From Squalus acanthias (lineage: Eukaryota): 64,000 nucleotides of DNA. The stretch covers positions 97,218,001 through 97,282,000 of the forward strand of contig CM059432.1 of the NCBI GenBank assembly GCA_030390025.1. The letters run 5' to 3'. The position numbers were made by a program, and so were the translations under genes. The notes under the pieces are model-generated. The model did not search any database, had not been told where the DNA came from, and saw nothing but the letters and a program-made list of their open reading frames with translations. Positions 10,743 through 24,686 of this stretch are shown here, in pieces; position 1 is the first letter of the stretch, and the number at the start of each line of letters is the position of its first letter.

Positions 10743-11585
10743 TGCAAGCTCCAAACCGTCCATCTTTCTCTTATTCGGTTGACTCTTATCCTCGTGGCTG
10801 CTCCTGTGCTCTTGACTCGTCGTCTTGTTCCTGTTTGCCTCGTGTCTCTTTTCAAAAGACTGTTGAACTTTACGATCCGCTCGGATCTACCTCGTGTCGT
10901 GTCGCGAAGACCTGTGTAGAACTGGGCTCTGAAGCCTTGAAGCGGGCGCACCATCCCGATAAGTCGGTAAACGGTGTTGGAACCGAAGGCCCGAGATGAG
11001 ATGAGATGAGATGAGATGAGAAGAGAAGAAGACCATACTTATCGCCACGGTCAGTAAGCTCCGACCGCGCCTGTAGGTTGAATAGACATTTTCCTTGCCA
11101 GGAAGACTTCTTTGAGTTCTACAGAACTGACACAGGAAGACTCTTCTTCGAGTTTTATCGAACCGGTGTGAGGGCACAGGAAGACTCTTTTTTGAGTAGA
11201 GTCGGAACTCCGAGGACAACACAGATCTTCATGACAGCAGATGTTCCAGCCTGCTAGCCGGAGCAGAAACGAGTAAACAAGTGGGGCCAGGAGACCCCCT
11301 GATCGACACGTGGGCGCTGCGGTGAAAAACATCCGATCAGAGTTTTCGGAATTCTCCGAGTTATCACGAGTGGTGAGCATGAGTCTCGAATCCTACGAAT
11401 CTAGCTTAGGACAGATATTGATAGGGGAGGGTTTCAAGTATTAAGGATAATTGTAATGTGTGCCCCCATTTATGATGTGTCGTTCGTTCCTCGTTTCCCC
11501 GAAATTAGTTACATAACTGCATGTAAGATTGTACTGTCATTAATCTGTGCTTATGACATGTATTTCGTAATCTTAAGTATTATGC

Positions 11586-11591
11586 AATAAA
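11586..11591 (+). terminator. LTR polyadenylation signal
   Basis: AATAAA, also present at 501-506 in the 5' LTR. Confidence 0.6.
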
Positions 11592-12899
11592 GATTTTCCA
11601 TTTCGTACCATTCAACCGAGTCTACCTGAGTTTCATCTCCATTACTGCTCTCGCATCTAAGTCCAGTGTCTAGAACCGTAAGGGCGAGTGGGTCGAACCA
11701 CTCACAGGTGTGTCTAGTGCTCCCAGACTGGCTGGAGACCAGAACAGGCAACAAGGCCGAAACCCGCACTAGCACCCGGGCTGCACAGAGCCACACGAAT
11801 CTCACAGGCTGAGAGACAAAAACCCTTACAATTAAGAGAGAGAGAAAAAAAGAGACAAAAAGGAAAAGTTCAAACATTTTTTAAAAAGAACAAGCAGAAG
11901 AAGAGGACATTGTAACCCAATTTTCTTTAGGAATTGTTATATTGGCCCTTGAAAATTTAATAATGAATGGCAGGGTAGGTGTACAAAATGTACCAACCTT
12001 CTTGACACCTAAAGTATAGAACCAGCAACCCCATCCATCATGATCTGGATCAATGCAACTGCTTTCATAAGAACATAGGAATTTCTAGATGAATAAAAGA
12101 CTAAGGTCTACTTCGTCTTCTATCATCCTAGTAATCATATGATAATCGAGTTGTTGACTAATCATAGCAATCAATCTCTATCAATTAGTCTACAACAGAT
12201 CCAGACATGATACAAGGAAAACCCCAGTGGTGGAGAGATTTGGAAACCATAGGGCCTAAGCCACCCTTTTCCTCCAAAAGATACTACACTTACCACATCA
12301 TGTCTCAAATTACTTACATTATATCACAAAATTATTTTCTGAAAGCAATCTATCTAATTTGCATTTCTGAGTGTTGAAACAGGTTTGCATCCTGAGAATT
12401 ATTGCCTCCCGACACTAATAGGAATATGGATGGCAAGACTGGCACAAAAGTACTGCCAAGACAGATAAAAAGGTTAAAAATCCTACAGGAACAATTCACT
12501 ACCTGCCGGAGTGAGACTCCACAGCTTCATTGTTCCCACTCTGGTCCTCCAAGGTTCAGTGTCACGTCAGGGCCATAAATCACATCATTAACAAATTCTT
12601 TACTACATGAATTACCAGTCCTAAATGGCTGCGGTGAAATTAATTCGCATTAATGGTGTAAATTCAGCAATTTCTTGACACACAATTAATTTCAATGGAA
12701 GGCTCATGGCGAGGTGACAATTTTTATAGTTTTCTCGAGGCTAACGGCGAAGCAGTGCAACTCGTCCAGCAATTTGTGGAGAAACAGAACTCCTGGTGTA
12801 TCTCTTCTTCACAACAAATTATTGGATATTTTGTAAACTAATAATGGCGAGTGCTGTTAATTCATCATTATTTTTACACTGATTTCTGGGCCAATATCT

Positions 12900-13680
12900 T
12901 CGGCCCCCATCACCAATCCTTGGCACCGATTCCATTGCCCGCCCCAACCACTTTCTCAGGGTGAATGTGACTTTTGCAAACCTTTGTGTCCTATTTGATC
13001 CTGAGCTGAGCTTCTGGCCCCAGATCCTCTCCATCACAAAGATTGCAAACTTCCGTAGCATTGCCCGTCTCTGCCCCTGTCTTAGCCCATTTGCTGCTGA
13101 AACCCTCATTCATGCCTTTGTCACTTCCAGACTCGACCATTCCAATGCTCTCCAGACTGACTTCACAGCCTCCACTCTCCATAAACCTCAGCTCCTCCAA
13201 TACTCTGCTGTCCATATCCTATCCTGCATTAAATACCACTCCCAATCACCCATCACACCTGTGCTCGCTGACCTACATTGCCTGCCAATTCCCCTAAAGC
13301 ATTAGATTTAAACTTCTCATCCTTGTGTTTAAATCCCTTCATGGCCTTGCCCCTCCATAACCTTCTCCAATCCTACAATTCTCTGAGATCTCCCCATTCC
13401 TACCCCAAGCATTCCCTCCCACCCTCTTCCTTTCACCCCACCATTAGCGGCTGTGATGTCAGCCATCTAGTTCACAAATTATGGAATTCCCTCCCTAAGC
13501 CCCTCCATCTCCCCACCTCTCCTCCTTTGAGACCCTCCTTAAAACACACATCTTTGACCAAGTTTTTAGTCACCCCGCCTAATAACTCCTTCTTTGGCTC
13601 AACATCAATTTTTGTTTGATTATGCTACTGTGAAGCACCTTGAGATATTTTTCAACAGTAAAGGTAAGATACAAATGCTT
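12900..13680 (+). mobile_element. L2-type LINE 3' fragment (decayed)
   Basis: AAETLIHAFVTSRLDHSNAL, PITPVLADLH, LWNSLP; similar to copies at 57215 and 59270. Boundaries approximate. Confidence 0.8.
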
Positions 13681-13683
13681 GTT

Positions 13684-14600
13684 CAAAAGCAAAATACTGC
13701 AGATGCTGGAAATCTGAAATAAAAACAGAAAATGCTGGAAATTCTCAGCAGGTCAGGCAGAATCTGTGGAGAGAGAAACAGAGTTAACTTTTCAGGTCGA
13801 TGACTTTTCGTCAGAACTGGAAAAAGTTAGAGATCTAACAGATTTTAAGCAAGTGCTGGGACAGGGAAAGGAGGGAGGAGAGGAAAGAACAAAAGGAAAG
13901 GTCTGTGATAGGATGGAAGGCAGGAGAGATTAAATGACAACAGGTGTGATGGTACAAAGCAAAAGGAGATGGTAATGGGACAAGTAAAGAAACAAAAGAT
14001 GAGTCTAGAAGAGGTGTAAATGGGAATAGCAGAATCATCAAAAGCTGCCATCTGAAAAAATAGGGGCAGAGGTTATGGTCTGAAATTGTTGAACTCGATG
14101 TTGAGTCCAGAGGGCTGTAAAGTGCCTAATCAAAAGATGAGGTGCTGGTCCTCGAGCTTATGTTGTGCTTCGTTGGAACAGTATGGGAGGCCGAGGACAG
14201 AGAGGTCAGAGTGGGAGTGGAGCGGAGAATTAAAGTGACAAGGCATCCGGAAGCTCGGGCTCACGCTTATGGACTGAATGGAGGTGTTCCGCAAAGCGGT
14301 CACCCAATCTGTATTTGGTCTCCCCAATGTAGAGGAGACCGCATCGTGAGCAGCAAATACAGTATACTAAATTGCAAGAAGTACAAGTAAATCACTGGAA
14401 GGAGTGTTTGGGGCCCTGGACAGTGGAAAGGGAGGAGGTAACAGAGCAGGTGTTGCATTTCCTGTGCTTGCACGGGAAGGTGCAGTGGGAAGGGAGGAGG
14501 TGCTGGGGATGATTGAAGAGTGGACCAGGGTGTCGCAGAGGGAGCGGTCCCTTCAGAATGCTGAAAGGGGACTGGAGGGGAAGATATGTTTGGTGGTTGT
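13684..14600 (-). mobile_element. Penelope-like element fragment (GIY-YIG endonuclease + pLTR)
   Basis: Minus-strand HFNSPLHSHSDLSVLGL...LEDQHLIF; terminal region with hammerhead-like core; homologous to 31710-33612. Confidence 0.8.
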
Positions 14601-14692
14601 TGTTTTATGAGAAGTGGTACATAGAACTGAACAACTTACTTTTTGAGGGATTTAATGATTGAGAGGGAATACGATCTATTTCTGAAAATAAT

Positions 14693-15457
14693 GGCCTGGA
14701 ATTTGCGGTTGTAACAACGGCAAAACTGTCAGTGCTCGCTATCATTACTGTGTAAAACTGACCGCAACTTCTGGCACCTGCAGTAAAATGCGGAAATCCA
14801 TAAGTTGCTTTCAGTGATACCGTGTTCCTCCACAGGGTGCGCTGTTGCAGTCTTCGCAGATTCAATCAACACAGAATCAGTAATTTGATGTGAACTTCAA
14901 CTTTTTACGCACTTTTCTCACTGTAAAAATCATTGAAAATATTAAGCCTTGTTGAATGGTGTAGCTGAGTTTTTAATGGTGTACTAAGTTATAATTACTG
15001 TTGAGCAACCTCTATGGCCCTGAAAAACTAATTTTACAAGTGTGGTGTGTCATTCCCTCAGAATAACATTTTAAAATTCCATGATTTTTAAAATAATAAA
15101 AATTAATTTTTATTTTTTTAAAGTTTGTTTATGATATTTTAGCTTCTAACTTAATCCCATGTGTATGTCCCAATCCTTTTTTCTCTTTCTGTAAAATGAT
15201 TAAAAAGTGAATTATAATCTGTGCTTTTTACTTCCTGGTTTGCTCGCTGAGAATTCATCAATCGGATTGGCTGATCAGCTTGCTTGATGACTTCACTGTT
15301 GCTGGATGCCACAGATCCCCTATAGATGGCGCCAGATTTAAAGTCACATTGGTATAGAAGAAATCAATGCTCTGAGCCCGCTAAATCTTTGTGGGCAGCT
15401 TTTTCCGAGGTCAGCGGCGAGCGCCGTCCCTTTGCCTCTGACCACAAAATTCGGGCC
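14693..15457. mobile_element. MITE family A (PIF/Harbinger-like)
   Basis: TIRs GGCCTGGAATTTGCGGT / ACCACAAAATTCGGGCC; related copies near 28330-28915 and 60558-61265. Confidence 0.65.
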
Positions 15458-17269
15458 AATAAGAGCTATGAATAACATAGCTTTAAGAAAGTCATTTCAC
15501 TTGGGCTGTCCCTTGTTGAAAAACTTAAATTAGTGCTGTTGTAGCAGACCTCAGCCCCAAATTTCCTCAGGGGTTCCACCAGATTTCTGCCGTAACTCTG
15601 GCAGGAGTCTCGCAGAACCCACCCGAAAATGGTCGGGACCTGCTTGCAGAAAGCTAGCGTAAGTCCCATTGAGGCCTGGGGAGCGGTTAGATTTTTTTAA
15701 CTTTAAGGCACCCTTCAATGGGGAAAGGCATCAATCCTTTTAAATCTTTGGCTCCTGGGAGGTCCTCAAGCTCATCCTCGTGGAGGGTTTCTGGTCATTC
15801 CGCTGTCTGCTAGCTGATATGAACAAGTGCCACTGTCACGCCCCTGCAAGCTGCCTGCTCCAACTACACAGATCACCTTGTCTCCCTAAATTGAAATGGA
15901 GTCTAGCGCTTGGGGCCTGGGCTCAGTTACGGCTCGGTCCACTGCACTTCCATTGGCTGAGAGGGTGGCTTAAAATTTTGGGCCCTGACAGTTTAATAGC
16001 ACTAATCCAGAACAAATACTTTTGGCACTTTCCAATTAATTAGTGTGTTGGATTTCAGCTCAAACTCATACTACCTTGTAGGCATTCATTTATTTTTACT
16101 GCTCGGTCCTGGAATGTATCTTATTATGTATTTCTTCACCAGCCAGTAACAATGCAACTTCAGATAATTCTATTACTTTTCAATTCAAATCTTCTAATTT
16201 TGAATTAATATTAGAGATGAGTAAACCAATTAAAACTTGCTGAATCAAAGCTTAAAACCACTGGTATTGATATTTAAATGTCCTAAATAAACTAAGGGAG
16301 CTATTTTAGCCCTTTTTGGCCTTGAGGGAGTTTAGATAGTTATGTAATGGTAAGTACATAGAGCTGTCATCGATTTAAAAATATTGCAGGATTACAATTG
16401 TAACAAAGGCACCTTTATTGTTGTAATATTAAAATATGGGCACCAAATTAGTGGAGAAGCAAATACATTAAAGTAAATCGTAACAACTGGAAATCTAGCC
16501 AGTAATTGCACTGCAGATTTACAAAAATAATGATTATGGTGCTCTGACATATATTCCCATCTCAATCCTGCTTTGGGTAGCATGAGAGTGCCCAATTTTT
16601 ATTTTTGATGACATTTTATTCTTTTTCTCTCTCATGACATCAGATTGTGAATCCACTTTAATACATTCCACTTTGCTGTCAACACTTTTTTGTCAGTTAT
16701 TGTTATATGTACTGTGGTAGATTAATGTTATTATCGTTTATTCATATTGCTTGATATTATGCTTGATATCCTTGTCAGAGAAGATTACTGCACATAACCG
16801 TAATTTGTCACAAAATGTACATGAACCATATATTGATTTACTTTCTTGCTATTTGCTGTCTGTATGAATCTGCCTATCATATTTTTTATTTAAAATGATA
16901 TTCCTATGGAAATGGGGATGGGGTCACTTGGTGTGTAGCAGCATCATGAATGAAAGAAATATTGGTATTTGTATAGTACTTTATCACATCTCTCAGAAAC
17001 ATTCCAAAGCACTTATATATAATGAATACTTCTGAGATGGAGTGACTGTTCATATGCATTCATGTGTCAGCCAATTTGCAAATAGCCAGATTCAACAAAC
17101 AGCAATTGAACGAATGAACAGAGGAGGACAGGAGGTGGAAAACTAGGGTAGAGGAAAGGAAGGGGTGAAGGGGGCAGGGGAGAAAGCGTGGGAGAGTAGG
17201 GGCAGGGGTACCATGGGAGGGGAGAAGGGAGAGGAGAGGAAGAGGGGAGAAGGGGGATAGAACTAGAAC

Positions 17270-17565
17270 TAGGGGCCATAGTCTCAGGATAAGGGGTCAG
17301 CTTTTTAAGACTGAGATGAGGAGGAATTTCTTCACTCAGAGGGTTGTGAATCTTTGGAATTCTCTGCCCCAGAGGGCTGTGGATGCTCAGTCATTGAGTA
17401 TATTCAAGGCTGAGATAGATAGATTTTTGGACTCTAGGGGAATCAAGGGATGTAGGGATAGGACAGGAAAGTGGAGTTGAGGTCAATGATCAGCCATAAT
17501 CTTTTTGAACGGCGGACCAGGCTCGAGGGGCCGTATGGCCTACTTCTTCTCCTTATGTTCTTATG
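17270..17565 (+). mobile_element. CR1 LINE 3' end
   Basis: Encodes the RRNFFTQRVVNLWNSLP-type C-terminus followed by the CR1 3' UTR/tail. Confidence 0.75.
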
Positions 17566-18937
17566 AGAGGGTTACAGGGAGTACCGGGGACAAGGCAACC
17601 ATGGAAGTGGCCTCGAATGGGCCGACAGTGGCCCACATTTATTTTGTGGACCCAGCAGGAGCCTGCTCTCCCTGACTCCACCAAATAAAATGAAACATTT
17701 GCTGGGCCATTTTGATAGTGGCTGAAATGGATGGAGTGTGCATGGCGCACGCTCTGCCCATTTGTACCTTGAAATTGCAATCGGGGTCCTATGTACATCA
17801 TAGGACCCTGATCTGCATACTCTAATGGGCTCCTGCCGGCTTCAGGCAGCTTCCTGGGCCACCCTTGATGAGGCCCCCGGAAAAATGGCGACAGGTGAGA
17901 TTGAAGCAGGCATGAGGCTCTAAGTGCTGAACTATAATTTAATGACCCCGACTGCCCAATTCCAGCCTAGCTGACCAAGTTAAGATCAGCCCTAATGTCT
18001 CTATGCTATTGAATACAGCCGTTACAACATTTCTAACAACATTTGAATTTCCACTTTCAGTCTGCTGCCGCCTGTGAAGAGAAAAATCAAAGTTACATGA
18101 CAGGAATGAAATGAAGACAACTGCTTTCTATGATGCAGCATTGACTGACAGTGGTTATTTCTCTTCACAGCTGGCAGCCAGCTGAGAATATAAAATCAAA
18201 ATGTCTTTTTTGCTGATGAAAATGGATGAAGCCACTGATTGCTGTAATCACTAAAATAGTAATAATCAGAGAATTCACAATTAATGTGCAAGGGATTGGC
18301 TGCATTCAAATTAGATGTGTAATATCGGAGTTGCATACATCAGCTGAAATATGTAATAAGGGTATTTTAAATGAGTCAGATGGTGAAAAAGACTTAATTT
18401 ATCTATGTTCCATTAATTCAAACTATATCATATAACTGTATATCATATAATAGGGTTAGGGTTAGCTGAAGTTTCTGCTCACATTTAACAGAAAAAGCTC
18501 ATTAATAAAAAGAGTAGCTGTTGTTTCTATACTGTATTGCTAGTAAAGCACATTCAAGTTGGCCAGAAAAGCAAATATACTCAGATTTATTTGCTTGAAC
18601 CAAACTGAGCCAAATCTAAATCTCTACTGTTTAGACCTGGAGATATATATATATATATGACATACTGTCAGTTTCCCAACCCCCCCACTCCAACCCATGG
18701 AACTGCACACAGAGGGGGTGGGGGTGCATTTGGCTCAATATCAATAATGCAAAACAGATTGATAGCAAATTGGTAATCCGTTTTACATTGTGCCAGAATT
18801 TCTTTTCTATTTAAGTCAATAGAAAAAAAAATCAGCTCATGTAACATGAGTTGCCGATCCTCTATCAACCCATCTTGCGCTACTGGCATTGGCCAATTTC
18901 ACCCCAGGGAGTCCAAGTGCGCTCACTAAGTACAGTA

Positions 18938-20760
18938 ACATAGGAACAGAAACAAAGGAACATAGGAACATAGGAAAAGGAGTAGGCCATTTAGCCCTTC
19001 GAACCTGTTCCCGCGATTCAATGAGATCATGGCTGATCTGCGACCTAACTCCATATACCCGCTTTTGGCCCATATCCCTTAATACCTTTGGTTAACAAAA
19101 AGCTATCAATCTCAGGTTTAAAATTAACAATTGACCTAGCATCAATTGCCATTTGCAGAAGAGAGTTCCAAACTTCGACCACCCTTTGTGTGTAGAAGTG
19201 TTTCCTAATTTCACTTCTTTTAGGTCTGGCTCTAATTTATAGACTATGCCCCTAGTCCTAGACTCCCCAATCAATGGAAATAGTTTCTATCTACCCTATC
19301 TGTTCCCCTTAATATCTTGAATATTTCGATCAAGTCGCCCCTTAACCTTCTAAATTCCAAGGAATACAACACTAGTTTGTGTAATCTCTCCTCATAATTT
19401 AACCCTGGGAGTCCAGGTATTATTCTGGAAAATCTGCACTCCCTCCAAGGCCAATATATCCTTCCGAAGGTGTGGTACCCAGAACTGCTCATAGTACAGT
19501 ACTCCAGGTGTGGTCTAGCCAGGGCTTTGTACACCTGTAACATAACTTCTGCCCTCTTGTATTCTAGTCCTCCAGATATAAAGGCTAGCATTCCATTAGC
19601 CTTTTTAATTATTCTCTGTACCTGTTCATAACATTTTAATGATTTATGTACCTGGACCCCCCCAAGTCTCTTTGGACCTCCACTGTTTTTAGCTTTTCAT
19701 CATTTAGAAAGTACCCTGTTCTATCCTTTTTAGGTCCAAAGTGGGTGACTTCACATTTGCCTACATTGAAATTAATTTGCCACAGTTTTACCCATTCACT
19801 TAATCTATCAATATCTCTTTGTAATTTTATTCTTCTATCTACACTGCCTACAATGCCGCCTATCTTTGTGTCTTCAGCAAACTTGGATATGTGACTTTCT
19901 ATCCCATCATCTAAGTCATGAATAAATATGGTAAATAGTTGAGGCCTCAACACAGATCCCTGCGGGACACCACTAGGCACATGCTGCCAATTAGAGCTCC
20001 TACCCATTATCCCTACTCTCTGTCTCCTGCCACTCAGCCAATCTCCTAACCAGGTCAATAGTTTGTTTTCAATTCCATGAGCTTCAACTTTAGTTAACAG
20101 TCTCTTACGAGGGACTTTATCAAATCCCTTCTGGAAGTCCATATAAATAACATCCATAGACATTCCCCTGCCCACTACTTTAGTCACTTCTTCAAAAAAA
20201 TCAGTCAGGTTCGTCAGGCATGACATAACTTTGACAAATCCATGCTGGCTTTCTCTGATCAGCTGAAAATTTCAAGGTGCTCAGTCACCCTATCCTTAAT
20301 TAAAGACTCTAGTAATTTCCAGACAACAGATGTTAGGCTAACTGGTCTTTAATTCCCTGATTTCCCTCTCTCACCCTTCTTGGGCCATTCAGCCCTTCAA
20401 GCCTGTTCCGCTATTCAGTGAGATCATAACTGATTTGTATCTCAACTCCATCTATCTGCCTTGGCTCCATATCCTTTTATATCTGGTCAAGCAAAAATCT
20501 ATTGATCTCAGATTTAAAATTATTAATTGAGCTGGCAACTATTGCTTTTTATGGGAGAGAGTTCCACACTTCTACTACTCTTTCATAAAGAAATGCTTCC
20601 TAACTACTCTTCTGAATGGCCTGGTTCTGATTTTAAGGTTATGTTCCCTTGTCATAGACTCTCCCACCAGCGGAAAAAGTTTATCTCTATCTACCCTTTC
20701 AATTCCTATCAAATTCCTAAAAACCTCAATCAAATCACCCCTTAACCTTCTACATTCCTC
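18938..20760 (-). mobile_element. CR1 LINE fragments (RT to 3' tail, plus a second 3' fragment from about 20372)
   Basis: SCLTNL, DFQKGFDKVP, PQGSVL, RPHLEYC; (ACATAGGA)n tail at 18938-18975. Confidence 0.85.
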
Positions 20761-21527
20761 TGAGACTTACCATGTGCAAGATTGGATCCTTCACACCACT
20801 TCTGCAGCTCCCATCAATCCAGAAACATTACAGCAGACTCACAACATGCCACACTTACCTGGCGTGGTGTCCGGATGTCGGGAAACACGAGCCAGAAGCG
20901 GCAAAATTCAAAAATAGGCTGTCAACTACTGGCAACTACCTGTTAATAGGCAGGTAATTGCCTTTAATCATCTTCCCGCCGCTAGGTGTCGGGTCCATTT
21001 GCAAATCGGGGACCCGACACTTGGGAAAATTATTTGGAGGCGGGTTGACAGCGGGATCGCAACCCGCCGTCAATCAAAACGACTTTAACCTTTGACCCGC
21101 CTCCAAACCTGCCCTCTGAGCACCAGCAAAATCGTAGCCTCTCTATCTCCTCTATCAAAACCTTTCATAATTTTAAAGACCTCTATTAGGTCACCCCTCA
21201 GCCTTCTCTTTTCAAGAGAAAAGAGACCAGCCTGTTCAGCCTTTCCTGATAGGTATACCCTTGCACTTCTGGTATCATCCTTGTAAATCTTTTTTGCACC
21301 CTCTCCCGTGTCTCTATATCCTTCTTATGGCGACCAGAACTGTATGCAGTTCATCAAGTGTGGTCCAACCAAGGTTTGATACAATTCTACTTTTCAATTA
21401 TTTCCCTTTAGAAATAAACCCGAGTAACATAGAAACATAGAAACATAGAAGATAGGAGCAGGAGTAGGCCATTCGGCTCCTCGAGCCTGCTCTGCCATTC
21501 GATGAGATCATGGCTGATCATCCAAAC

Positions 21528-24326
21528 TCAGTACCCTGTACCTGCCTTCTCCCCATATCCCTTGATACCTTTAGCTTTAAGAAATATATTTAGCTCATCC
21601 TTGAATATATTTAATGACTTCGCCTCAACTACCTTCTGTGGTAGAGAATTCCACAGGTTCACCACTCTCTGGGTGAAGAAATCCTTCCTCATTTCTGTCC
21701 TAAATGGTTTACCCGTTATCCGTAGATTATGACCGCTGGTTCTGGACTCTCCGACCATCGGGAACATTCTTCCTGCATCTAGTTTGTCCAGACCTGTCAG
21801 AATTTTATATGTTTCGATGAGATCCCCTCTCATTCTTCTATACTCCAGTGAGTATAAGCCCAATCGACCCAATCTCTCCTCATATGTCATTCCTGCCATC
21901 CCAGGTATCAGCCTTGTGAATCTTCGCTGAACTCCTTCCATGGCAAGAACATCCTTCCTCAGATAAGGCGACCAAAACTACACACAGTACTCAAGGTGTG
22001 GTCTCACCAAGGCCCTGTACAACTGCAGCAGGACATCCCTGTTCCTATACTCAAACACTTTCGCTATGAAGGCCAACATACCATTTGCCTTCTTCACCAC
22101 CTGCTGCACCTGCATGCTTACTTTCAGCGACTGGTGCACAAGGACACCCAGGTCTCGTTGCACTTCCCCTTCTCCCAATCTATTGCCATTCAGATAATAG
22201 TCTGCCTTTCTTTTTTTGACACCAAAGTGGATAACCTCGCACTTATCCACGTTATATTGCATCTGCCACGCTTCTGCCCACTCACCCAACCTGTCCAGAT
22301 CATCCTGGAGTTTCTCGGTATCCTCCTCGCAGCACACACTCCCGCCCAGCTTTGTGTCATCTGTAAACTTGGAGATATTACATTTAATTCACTTATCTAG
22401 ATCATTAATGTATATTGTGAATAGCTGGGGTCCAAGGACCGATTCCTGCGGTACCCCACTAGTCACTGCTTGCCACTCGGAAAAAGACCCATTAATTCCT
22501 ACTCTCTGCTTTCTGTCCGCCAACCAGTTCTCTATCCAAGTCAATACCTTGCCCCCAATCCCATGTGCCTTAACTTTACCCGCTAATCTCTTATGCGGGA
22601 CCTTATCGAAAGCCTTTTGAAAGTCCAAATACACCACATCTACAGGTTCTCCCTTATCTATTTTCCCAGTTACATCCTCAAAAAATTCCAGTAGATTAGT
22701 CAAGCACGATTTACCTTTTGTAAATCCATGTTGACTTTGTCCGATCCTGTCACTGTTTTTCAAATGCTCAGCTATTACATCCTTTATAATGGACTCGAGC
22801 ATTTTCCCCACTACCGATGTCAGGCTGACCGGTCTGTAATTCCCCGCTTTCTCTCTACCACCCTTTTTGAATAGTGGGGTAACATTAGCTGCTCTCCAAT
22901 CCATGGGTACAGTTCCAGATTCCATCGAATGTTGGAAGATGATCAGCAATGCATCTACTATTTCTAGGGCCACTTCCTTAAGTACCCTAGGATGTAGATT
23001 ATCAGGCCCTGGGTATTTATCGGCCTTCAATACCGTCAATTTCCCGAACACCATTTCCCTGCAAATACTGATTTCTTTCAGTTCCTCCCTTTCATCAGAC
23101 CGTATGTTCTCCAACATCTCTGGGAGGTTATTTGTGTCCTCCTTTGTGAAGACAGAACCAAAATATGCATTTAATTGGGCTGCCATTTCTTTGTTCCCCA
23201 TTATAACTTCCCCCGCTTCTGACTGCAAGGGACCTACACTTGATTTCACTAATCTTTTTCTCTTCACATATCTATAAAAGCTCTTACAGTCAGTTTTTAT
23301 GTTCCCAGCAAGCTTACTTTCATATTCTATTTTTCCCTTCTTAATTAATCCCTTTGTCCTCCTTTGTTGAATCCTAAACTGCTCCCAATCCTCAGGGCCA
23401 CCGCTTTTTCTGGCCAATTTATATGCCCTCTCCTTGTATCTTATGCTATCCCTAATTTCCCTTGTTAGCCACGGTTGAGTCACCCTTTTTGTTTTATTCT
23501 TATGCCACACTGGGATGTACAAATTCTGTAGTTCATCCATGCAGTCTTTGAATGTTTGCCATTGCCTATCCACCATCAACCCCTTGAGTGACATTCCCCA
23601 ATCAATCCTACCCAATTCGCGCCTCATACCATCGTAGTTTCCTTTATTTAAATTCAGGACCCTAGTCTCTGATTCAACTACTTCACTCTCCATCCTAATG
23701 AAGAATGCTATCATATTATGATCACTCTGACCCAAGGGGCCTCGTACAACAAGATTGCTAATTAATCCTTTCTCGCTACATAATACCCAGTCTAAGATGG
23801 CCTGATCTCTGGTTGGTTCCTCGACATATTGTTCCAGAAAACCATCTCGTAAACATTCTAGGAATTCCTCCTCCACAGTATTTTTACTAATTTGGTTAGC
23901 CCAATCTATTTGTAAATTAAAGTCACCCATGATGACTGCTGTGCCCTTACTGCATGCTTCTCTAATATCCCTTTTAATGCCATCCCAAACCTCCGTATTA
24001 CTGTTTGGAGGTCTATATACCACTCCCACTAACGTTTTCTGCCCCTTATTATTTCTCAGTTCTACCCATACAGATTCCGCATCATCAGAGCTAATATCCT
24101 TCCTTTCAATTGTGTTAATCCCCTCTTTAACCAGCAATGCTACCCCACCTCCCTTTCTTTTTTGCCTATCTTTCCTAAATATTGAATAACCCTGGATGTT
24201 GAGTTCCCAGCCTTGGCCACCCTGGAGCCATGTTTCTGTAATCTCAATCAAATCGTATTCATTTACCTCTATTTGCGCAGCTAATTCATCCACCTTGTTC
24301 CGAATGCTCCTTGCATTAAGACACAA
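21528..24326 (-). pseudogene. CR1 ORF2 (APE endonuclease + RT), one stop and a frameshift
   Basis: NARSI, ITETWL, YRPP, GDFN, SDH; NYRPVSLTS, QHGF, DFQKAFDKVPH, PQESVLGP; TGA at 22389-22391 then FTDDTK. Confidence 0.92.
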
Positions 24327-24686
24327 AGGGGGAAAAATTAGGTTGCGCCCCGTTTGGGGCGCAAATATCGTCTGGACGCAAAAATTAGCACCTGGCGCTA
24401 ATTATCGCCACTGACTGGAAACTTCACTTTTACCGCCCCGGGAGGTGAGTGGAGCGCTAAATCAGGCGCTGCACACCTGTCTTAAGGTGCAAAGGCCGAG
24501 CAGTGAGGCGCTAACTCAGCGCGCGAGCGCAGCGCAGGTGCTGCCAGTTAGCGAGGGAACACAGACACACTGGCGCCGGCCAGTTCGTAAAGGGCGGGGG
24601 GGGCAACTTGCTCCCCAGCCACACCCTGCTCATTGCAGCCTTGAATCTCGGCCTGAGAGACCTGTGAATCCATTTTGCTGCCAAGG

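Larger units (their letters stand above)
1..11830 (+). mobile_element. Endogenous retrovirus-like provirus (lokiretrovirus-like), LTR-gag-pro-pol-env-LTR; 5' LTR truncated by window start
   Basis: 1-745 repeats at 11086-11830. PBS, PPT, gag, PR, RT, two RNase H-type domains, IN and an F-like env are colinear on +. Confidence 0.93.
10136..11830 (+). repeat. 3' LTR, about 1695 bp
   Basis: TGTA...TACA termini. Right end fixed by identity with 1-745; left end inferred from PPT+TG only. Confidence 0.85.

Noticed and set aside
11551..11877. Antisense LTR ORF (also 466-669)
   Set aside because: Repeated only because the LTR is; the start depends on flanking DNA; no protein features.
17120..17262. 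Purine-rich G-run tract (G4/triplex candidate)
   Set aside because: Ordinary low-complexity sequence with no supporting context.
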